The notes under the pieces were generated by a model. The model was not told where the DNA came from and searched no databases. It saw only the letters and a program-made list of their open reading frames with translations. From NCBI GenBank assembly GCA_947630545.1, contig CANRHX010000005.1, positions 44-64,043 on the forward strand: DNA of 64,000 nt. The letters run 5' to 3'. This document shows positions 57,243 to 64,000 of this stretch, piece by piece; within the stretch, counting starts at the first letter, position 1, and each line of letters begins with the position of its first letter. Source of the DNA: an uncultured Clostridia bacterium. GTDB lineage: Bacteria > Bacillota > Clostridia > TANB77 > CAG-508. The position numbers and the translations under genes were made by a program.

Positions 57243-58199
57243 ATGGCATATAATATGAAAAAAGTTATAGCAGAAACTCCTTCTCGTTTCACAGAAGGTC
57301 ATAGAATGTGTGCTGGCTGTGGAGCTCCTGTAGTTGCTAGAATGGTAATGAGGGCTGTAAAAACAGAAGATCACGCAGTAGTTGCTTGTGCTACAGGATG
57401 TATGGAAGTATCTACTTTTATTTATCCATATACAGCTTGGACAGATTCTTTTATACACACAGCATTTGAATGTGCTGGTGCTACTTTATCTGGAGCAGAA
57501 GCAGCTTATAAATCATTAAAAAGGCAAGGAAAACTTCCAGAAGATGAGCATACAAAATTTATTGCTTTCGGTGGAGATGGTGGTACTTATGATATAGGTA
57601 TACAATCACTTTCAGGAGCAATGGAAAGAGGACATGACATGGTTTATGTTTGCTATGATAATGGTGCATACATGAACACTGGAATTCAACGTTCATCTGC
57701 AACTCCAAAATTTGCAGATACGACAACATCTCCAGCTGGTAAAGTTATTCCTGGTAAAATGCAATCTAGAAAAGATTTAACTCAAATTATGGTAGGTCAT
57801 CATTTACCTTACGTAGCTCAAACAATCGCTGTTGATAATTTCAAAGATTTATATGAAAAATCAGAAAAAGCAATTTATACAGAAGGAGCTTGCTTCTTAA
57901 ATGTATTATCTCCTTGCCCTAGAGGTTGGGGATATCCAACAGATATGCTTATGGAAATTAATAAATTAGCTGTTGAAACATGCTACTGGCCTTTATATGA
58001 AGTTACAAATGGTGTTTATAAAATTAATTATAAACCAAGAAACAAACGTCCTATAGAAGATTTCTTAAAGCCTCAAAAAAGATTTAAACATATGTTTAAA
58101 CCTGGAAATGAGTGGATGATAGAGGAATTCCAAAAAGAAGTTGATACTAGATGGCAAGAACTTTTAGATTTAGAAGCAATGACAAATAAAGGAGAATAG
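57243..58199 (+). CDS. porB: Oxidoreductase beta subunit (TPP-binding)
   Basis: CAGCG..., GGDGGTYDIG TPP motif, ...YDNGAYMNTG. Confidence 0.88.
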   Translation: MAYNMKKVIAETPSRFTEGHRMCAGCGAPVVARMVMRAVKTEDHAVVACATGCMEVSTFIYPYTAWTDSFIHTAFECAGATLSGAEAAYKSLKRQGKLPEDEHTKFIAFGGDGGTYDIGIQSLSGAMERGHDMVYVCYDNGAYMNTGIQRSSATPKFADTTTSPAGKVIPGKMQSRKDLTQIMVGHHLPYVAQTIAVDNFKDLYEKSEKAIYTEGACFLNVLSPCPRGWGYPTDMLMEINKLAVETCYWPLYEVTNGVYKINYKPRNKRPIEDFLKPQKRFKHMFKPGNEWMIEEFQKEVDTRWQELLDLEAMTNKGE

Positions 58200-58200
58200 G

Positions 58201-59281
58201 ATGAACGACGATTTAAAAAAAGATCTACAAAATGAAGAAATTTTAAATCCAAGTGAAAAACCAAAAAACAAGAGACTTAATATTATAAGTCTCTTGCTTA
58301 TATTTATAATATTTGTTGGACTTGCGTTTTATATGATTCATGTTGATGGATTGGATAATATTATAAATTTGTTAAAATCAGTTGATTACAAATGGGTTGC
58401 TGGTCGGTGTAATAATTTTAATTTTATGGTGGATCTGTGATGCAGTTACTCTTCATCTTCCCCTTAAAACTATGTATAAGGATCAAAAGTTTTCTAATTC
58501 ATTTAAGGTAGCTATGATTGGTCAATTATTTAATAATATTACTCCGTTCTCATCTGGCGGTCAACCTATGCAAGCTTATGAACTCACTAAAACAGGAAAG
58601 CGCGTTAGTGATTCCATGTCAGCAATGACTATGAAGTTTATTATGACTCAAACAGCTTTAGCAGTATTTACTTCTGCATTTATAATTGCTCAATTTAACT
58701 TTTTAAAAGACTTAATGAGCAATTATATGTGGGTCGTAGTTATTAGCTTTGTCGTGAATATTTTAGCAATTGTTTTTGTACTACTTGCAGGAATTAATAA
58801 GAATATTATTTTGACAATATGCAAACCTTTTATTAAGTTAGGTTCTAAATTGCACATTGTAAAAGATTATGAAAAAATATTTAATAAATTTGACGAGAGC
58901 GTTTCCAATTTTAGTATACAGTTTAAAAATATGAAAAAATATCCAAAAACTATTATTGGAATTTTTGTAATGGCAATTATCCAAAGTATGCTTTATTATT
59001 CTATTACTTATGTTGTTTATAGAGCATTTGGAAATTATGGTGTTAGCTATTTTCAAATAGTTCCAGCTCAGGCAATTTTACTTTTGATTATGACCTTTAT
59101 TCCAACTCCAGGCTCTGGTATTGGTGCTGAAGGTGGATTTTTAATTATTTTTAATTCAATCTTTAAGCAAGGTACAATTAATATGTCTATTTTGTTTTGG
59201 AGATTATATACATTTTACTTACCAATAATTTTTGGAGCTTTTTTCTTAATTCCTACAAGGAAAAAGAAAATAAGAAGTTGA
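58201..59281 (+). pseudogene. UPF0104/LPG-synthase-TM (flippase-like) membrane protein interrupted by a 1-nt frameshift
   Basis: The 79-aa ORF (58201..58440) and the 299-aa ORF (58382..59281) are the two halves. Removing one G from tggg at 58393-58396 gives ...SVDYKWLLVGVIILILWWICDAV.... Family motif FNNITPFSSGGQPMQAYEL. Confidence 0.7.
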
Positions 59282-59308
59282 AAATATAAAATTTCAACTT
59301 CTTTTTTC
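59272..59308. terminator. Bidirectional terminator
   Basis: 12-bp stem aagaagttgaaa/tttcaacttctt overlapping the plus-gene stop codon, then a T-run. Confidence 0.7.
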
Positions 59309-60204
59309 TATTCATTCTCCAATTTCTCAAGTTCTTCCAATTCTTTTTTATTTCTTATCTCTTCTTCATCAACCTGTTCTACTTCTGCATCTTTTATAAC
59401 CTTAACATCCTTTACATCATATCTCTTATATGAATATCCATCTCCATCGCTATTCATAATTTTAACTCTAACTCTCTCTTTTAAAGTCTCTATACTATCT
59501 ATTTCTCCTTCACCATCTGCAGTTTTTACAATTGCCCCAATGTGAGGTAATTTAGCCAATTTTTCTTCATATACATTATTTTCATATTTTAAGCAACACA
59601 TAAGCCTTCCACAATTTCCGGAAATTTTTGAAGGATTAAGAGATACGTTTTGTTCTTTAGCCATTTTTATAGAAACTGGCTCAAAATCACTTAAAAAAGT
59701 ACAACAACATAGTTCTCTTCCACAAACGCCATTTCCACCTATTCTTTTTACTTCATCTCTTACACCAATTTGCCTAAGTTCGATTCTTGTTTTATAAATT
59801 GCAGCTAAATCTTTTACCAAGTCTCTAAAATCTATTCTTCCATCTGCTGTGAAATAAAATAATACTTTGCTATCATCAAATTTAAATTCAACATCTGTTA
59901 ATGTCATATCTAATTTATGTTCTTTTATTTTCTTTTGACAAATTTCAAATGCTTCTTTTTCTTTTCTTTTACAATCTTCATAGTGTTTTTTGTCTTTATA
60001 AGTTGCAATTCTTATAACCTTTTTTAAAGGTGCTATTATTTTATCATCTTCCACAATTCTATTTGGAATTAAAACTTCAGCATATTCCTCTCCTTGAGCC
60101 GTTTCTACAATTACCTTGTCTCCTTTTCTTATATGCAATCTTTCTGGATTAAAAAAATATATTTTGCCTAATTTTTTAAATCTAACTCCTACAATCTTTT
60201 TCAA
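59308..60204 (-). CDS. ricT: PSP1-domain protein YaaT/RicT (stage 0 sporulation / RNase Y regulator)
   Basis: VGVRFKKLGKIYFF..., Cys cluster GVCGRELCCCTFL and CGRLMCCLKYE. Lies downstream of holB as in Bacillus. Confidence 0.88.
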   Translation of the reverse strand: MKKIVGVRFKKLGKIYFFNPERLHIRKGDKVIVETAQGEEYAEVLIPNRIVEDDKIIAPLKKVIRIATYKDKKHYEDCKRKEKEAFEICQKKIKEHKLDMTLTDVEFKFDDSKVLFYFTADGRIDFRDLVKDLAAIYKTRIELRQIGVRDEVKRIGGNGVCGRELCCCTFLSDFEPVSIKMAKEQNVSLNPSKISGNCGRLMCCLKYENNVYEEKLAKLPHIGAIVKTADGEGEIDSIETLKERVRVKIMNSDGDGYSYKRYDVKDVKVIKDAEVEQVDEEEIRNKKELEELEKLENE

Positions 60205-61091
60205 TTAACTTCCCCCCACATGTTAAATAACATATTATCTATACACATATCATAATTACTATTATTTTTTAATCTTTCTTTAGTGTTTTCCACAATGTTT
60301 ATACATTTTGTGTATTTATAGTGTAATTTTGAGAGTTCCAACAATATAACATTTATATATTCTAAAATTGAATATATTTCTTCTTTAGAATCATAAATTA
60401 TTTTAGACATATTTACAATTTCTATTAAATCTTTTTTGTCTAATTCTTTTAGCATTTTTTCTATTTGTGAATATTCAGAGATTTTATCTTTTAAATCAAT
60501 TGCTTTTCCAATACTTCCTTGAAATATTTTTAGCGTTTCTGCATCTATATTTTTTATGTCATAATTATCTTCAATAAATTTTTTTAAGCTATTATTATCA
60601 ATTGGCTCAAAATGCAATATAATGCATCTTGATTTTATTGTATCTAAAAATAAACTTTCATTACTTCCGATTAATATTATTATTGCAAATTCTGGAGGTT
60701 CTTCTAATGTCTTTAATAAACAATTCTGGGCTTCTTTTGTCATCTTTTGACTATCATTAATTATATATATTTTTTTGTCTGAAATAATTGGCTTTTCCTG
60801 TATTTTTCTTTGCATTTCTCTTATTTGATCAATTTTTATACTATTTCCATCAGGTTCTATAATTTCAAAATCAGGATGATTTTGTGATTCAAATTCAATG
60901 CAAGATTTACATGTATTAGCACAATTTTTTTCGCTTAAGCATAACATTTCTTTTGCAAATTCTTTTGCAATTATTTTTTTTCCTATTCCTTCAATTCCTA
61001 TAAATAAATAGCTGTGTGATACTTTTTTTTGTTCAATTGATGTTTTTAAATATTCTTTTATTTTGCTATTTCCAATTACTTTTTCAAACAT
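60201..61091 (-). CDS. holB: DNA polymerase III delta-prime subunit
   Basis: SHSYLFIGIEGIGKK P-loop-like, Zn module C..C..C, LKTLEEPP. Confidence 0.85.
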   Translation of the reverse strand: MFEKVIGNSKIKEYLKTSIEQKKVSHSYLFIGIEGIGKKIIAKEFAKEMLCLSEKNCANTCKSCIEFESQNHPDFEIIEPDGNSIKIDQIREMQRKIQEKPIISDKKIYIINDSQKMTKEAQNCLLKTLEEPPEFAIIILIGSNESLFLDTIKSRCIILHFEPIDNNSLKKFIEDNYDIKNIDAETLKIFQGSIGKAIDLKDKISEYSQIEKMLKELDKKDLIEIVNMSKIIYDSKEEIYSILEYINVILLELSKLHYKYTKCINIVENTKERLKNNSNYDMCIDNMLFNMWGEVN

Positions 61092-61102
61092 TTATGCTCC
61101 TT

Positions 61103-61795
61103 CTAATCAATACCACCAAATTTGTCAAATGGCCAAAATCTAAATGCTACTGTGCTTTCTATTTTTTCTAATGGAATACAACCAAATGATCTACAATCTG
61201 TACTACGAGTTCTGTTATCTCCCATTGCAAATACACAATTGTCTGGAACTATAATATCTGAAAAGCCAGTATTTTCTACATCTGTAACTACACCAGGTTG
61301 CAAATAATCTTCGTCTAATTCTTTATCATCTATATAAACTTTTCCATCTTTAATTTGCATGTGTTCACCAGGAAGTGCAATTACTCTTTTTATATAGCTC
61401 CTTTTTTCTCCCATTTCTAAGAAATTATTAACAAACCAATCCCAACCTTGTCTTTCTTTAAATTGAGCAACAGGATAATTTAAATTTATATCTGCTTCAG
61501 TATAAGAAATTTTTGTTGGTTCTTCAAATGTTATAATTTCGCCTCTTTTGGGAAGAGTATGAGTTGTTCTTCCCCATCTATTAAGCCAAAGTCTTTGATT
61601 TTGCTCCAATGTTGGAAACATTGAAACTTGTTTGACTATTGTTGGTGTACCTATAAAAAATCTAAATAATAATGCTAAAACAATTGCAATAATTACGCAA
61701 TATATCCACTCTAATATATTCTTTATCTTTGGATCCACTTTGTACCATCTCTCCTTAAATTTACTTAAATATAAAATCTCTAAATTATTATACAA
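61103..61795 (-). CDS. lepB: Signal peptidase I
   Basis: SMFPTL (catalytic Ser box), KRVIALPGE, GDNRTRSTDCR. Confidence 0.88.
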   Translation of the reverse strand: MYNNLEILYLSKFKERWYKVDPKIKNILEWIYCVIIAIVLALLFRFFIGTPTIVKQVSMFPTLEQNQRLWLNRWGRTTHTLPKRGEIITFEEPTKISYTEADINLNYPVAQFKERQGWDWFVNNFLEMGEKRSYIKRVIALPGEHMQIKDGKVYIDDKELDEDYLQPGVVTDVENTGFSDIIVPDNCVFAMGDNRTRSTDCRSFGCIPLEKIESTVAFRFWPFDKFGGID

Positions 61796-61811
61796 TAAAT
61801 TTATCCATTTA

Positions 61812-63236
61812 TCAACTCTTTGTAGGGATTTTTATTACTACCTCTGTTCCTTGTCCTACAACACTTTTAATATCTATACTTCCACCATTTTTATCTAAAA
61901 TTTCTTTAGCAATTGAAAGTCCAAGACCTGTTCCGCCCATTTCTCTTGTACGTGCTTTATCTACCCTATAAAATCTTTCAAAAATCCTACTTAAATCTTC
62001 TTCTGGAATACCTATTCCATTGTCAAACACTTTTATATATGCATCATTATATACAAATCCTACATATATCTTTATTTCTCCACCTTCTTTAGTATATTTT
62101 ATACTGTTTGTAAGAATATTTAATACTACTCTTTCTATGTCGTATTTATCAGCATAAACAGGTGGTACATCTGCAGTTACAAAACAATTAACTGTATGAT
62201 TTTTCTTTTTTATTTCTATGGCAAGCTTGTCCTGACATTTTTTTACTAAATCCCCTAAATCAAATTCTTCTTTTTGAGTTTTTTGTTTTTTATTATCATA
62301 CCTTGAAAGTGTAAGTAAATCTGTAACTAATTTTGCCATTCTTCTTGCTTCTGAAGCAATTACATTTAAAAACTTTTCTTGAGTTTCTTTATCATATTCA
62401 CCTTCTAAAAGGGTGTCTGCATAACCCATAATAGAAGTAATTGGCGTTTTTAATTCATGTGATACGTCTGCTACAAACTCTTTTCTCATATTATCTAATT
62501 TAACATGTTCTGTTATATCTTGTACAACTGCAATTACACCATCTGGTCTATCTGCCTGATTTTTGAATGGTGCAAAAAATATATTTATGTATTTATCGTC
62601 TACTTGTACTCTTTGTTCTGTTGATGTCCAATTTTCCAAATAAATGATTTTTTCCATATTTATATCTAATTTAAATTTATCAAAAATGTCTTCAAAAGTA
62701 TTATCTTCTGGTCTTATACTTAATAGTTTTTTTGCTTCAGGATTTATTAATATGATTTCTTTATCCATATTAAAAGCAATAATTCCATCAGTCATATGCC
62801 TTAATATAGTTTCAATTTGATTTTTCTTTGTTGAAACATCATTTAATTGTTCTTTTAATTCTGTAGTCATTAATCCAAAAATATCATCAACTTTTTCTAA
62901 ATTTTCTTTTTTATTTCCCTTTTTATTTTCGTCTTTTGTAGATATTTCTCCTGCACTTTTTATTAATCTATTTATAGGATAAACTACAAACTTTGAAAGA
63001 TAATATCTTACTAAAAAAATTATAATTATAAATGCAACTATTCCAACAACTAAAGCTATTTGACTACTATGTTGAGCTTGTTGTAAAGAATCTGTTAATT
63101 GTTGGGTATTTATTTCATTTAAACTATTATTTAAATCATTTAATATTAATATATTCCTTATTCCAAGTCCACTTATAACAACTATTCCGCTAATTAGTAT
63201 TATTAATATTATTTTTGATTGTATATTTTTAAACAT
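61812..63236 (-). CDS. Sensor histidine kinase (TM-HAMP-PAS-HisKA-HATPase), no cognate regulator adjacent
   Basis: H box FVADVSHELKTPITSI, N box, GGTGLGLSIAKE G2 box. Two TM segments. Confidence 0.88.
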   Translation of the reverse strand: MFKNIQSKIILIILISGIVVISGLGIRNILILNDLNNSLNEINTQQLTDSLQQAQHSSQIALVVGIVAFIIIIFLVRYYLSKFVVYPINRLIKSAGEISTKDENKKGNKKENLEKVDDIFGLMTTELKEQLNDVSTKKNQIETILRHMTDGIIAFNMDKEIILINPEAKKLLSIRPEDNTFEDIFDKFKLDINMEKIIYLENWTSTEQRVQVDDKYINIFFAPFKNQADRPDGVIAVVQDITEHVKLDNMRKEFVADVSHELKTPITSIMGYADTLLEGEYDKETQEKFLNVIASEARRMAKLVTDLLTLSRYDNKKQKTQKEEFDLGDLVKKCQDKLAIEIKKKNHTVNCFVTADVPPVYADKYDIERVVLNILTNSIKYTKEGGEIKIYVGFVYNDAYIKVFDNGIGIPEEDLSRIFERFYRVDKARTREMGGTGLGLSIAKEILDKNGGSIDIKSVVGQGTEVVIKIPTKS

Positions 63237-64000
63237 TATAATATATTCTCCCTATTTACTAATTGTAATATTTGTTCATAAATTTTCTCTTTCGTATTTT
63301 TAATATAAATCTTCGAAGCATTATTTCCCATTTTAATAAATTTTTCTTTATTTGATACAATTTGACTTATTGTAGTATTTAATATTTCTCCGTTTAATGC
63401 TTGATTTTCTATTATTTTAGCAGCTTTAATATTTTCTAATACCTTTGCATTGTATAATTGATGATTATTACTTACATTTGGAAGTGGCACTAAAATAGAT
63501 GCCTTCCCTAATGCAGAAATTTCTGTAATTGTCATTGCTCCGCTTCTTGCAACTATTAAATCTGAAATATTCATCATTTCTTCCATATTGTAAATATATG
63601 ATAATATTTTCATATTTGGTATTTTATTTATATTAATGCTCCTATCTTCCAATTGTTCTTTTATAATATCATACTGTTTTGGACCAGTTGCCCAAACAAC
63701 TTGATAAGATTTATTTAAATTATTTTCTATAATTTCAATTAAAGCTTCATTTATTTTTTGAGCTCCCTGACTTCCACCATATACTAGAACAATTGGCTTT
63801 GATGTATCTAATCCACATTCTTGTATTATCTTAATTTTTTCACTCAAAGTATAATTTCGTTTTTGTATTTTTACTGGTGTACCAGTACAAACAATGTTTT
63901 TTGCATTTTTTATTCTAGCTTTAGCATCTTCAAACGATACTAAAATTGTATCAACATTTTTTGCAAGCATTTTTACGGCTTTACCTGGAAAAGCGTTACT
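63236..64000 (-). CDS. murG: MurG (undecaprenyl-PP-MurNAc-pentapeptide GlcNAc transferase), 5'-truncated by the window edge
   Basis: VYGGSQGAQKINE, VARSGAMTITEISALGKASILVPLP...NHQLYNA. The reading frame stays open to position 64000. The stop overlaps the kinase ATG (TAATG). Confidence 0.85.
   Translation of the reverse strand, partial: SNAFPGKAVKMLAKNVDTILVSFEDAKARIKNAKNIVCTGTPVKIQKRNYTLSEKIKIIQECGLDTSKPIVLVYGGSQGAQKINEALIEIIENNLNKSYQVVWATGPKQYDIIKEQLEDRSININKIPNMKILSYIYNMEEMMNISDLIVARSGAMTITEISALGKASILVPLPNVSNNHQLYNAKVLENIKAAKIIENQALNGEILNTTISQIVSNKEKFIKMGNNASKIYIKNTKEKIYEQILQLVNRENIL

Overview
Strongly AT-rich chromosomal window from a low-GC, spore-forming Firmicute (Clostridia-like; spoIVA and yaaT/ricT are present). 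I cannot name the species. Most of it is housekeeping. This includes the str operon (rpsL-rpsG-fusA-tuf), plsX-acpP, trmFO, an SNF2 helicase, scpB and spoIVA. It also includes pflB-pflA, two pseudouridine synthases, nrdD-nrdG, a four-subunit 2-oxoacid:ferredoxin oxidoreductase (gamma-delta-alpha-beta), ricT-holB, lepB, an orphan histidine kinase and a partial murG. The left 18 kb is accessory-like. It carries two giant paralogous surface proteins (2665 and 1744 aa) with signal peptides, putative thioester N-domains, DUF11-like FDLALRK repeats, pilin-type and CnaB-type modules, and a non-LPXTG C-terminal anchor. These two genes share a roughly 3.4 kb essentially identical 3' block at an offset of 8296 bp. 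Next to them lie an Ig-repeat membrane protein, a receiver-GGDEF protein (GGDDF) and a pilin-like protein with an FGE-sulfatase domain. Structure not explained by genes: (1) A dispersed hyper-palindromic intergenic element built from 31-bp TGTGTCA-N17-TGACACA units occurs at three loci (35.4, 44.1 and 52.4 kb). (2) Two roughly 190-bp patches have foreign, GC-rich codon usage (105-290 and 54775-54963). (3) Three genes are interrupted by single-base frameshifts. (4) An orphan operon encodes three Lys/Glu-rich coiled-coil proteins, including an untracked 46-aa ORF. (5) There are several short tandem repeats and conserved promoter blocks. I saw no rRNA, tRNA, CRISPR array, transposase or integrase. 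All homology calls come from motif recognition by eye, and domain boundaries are approximate.
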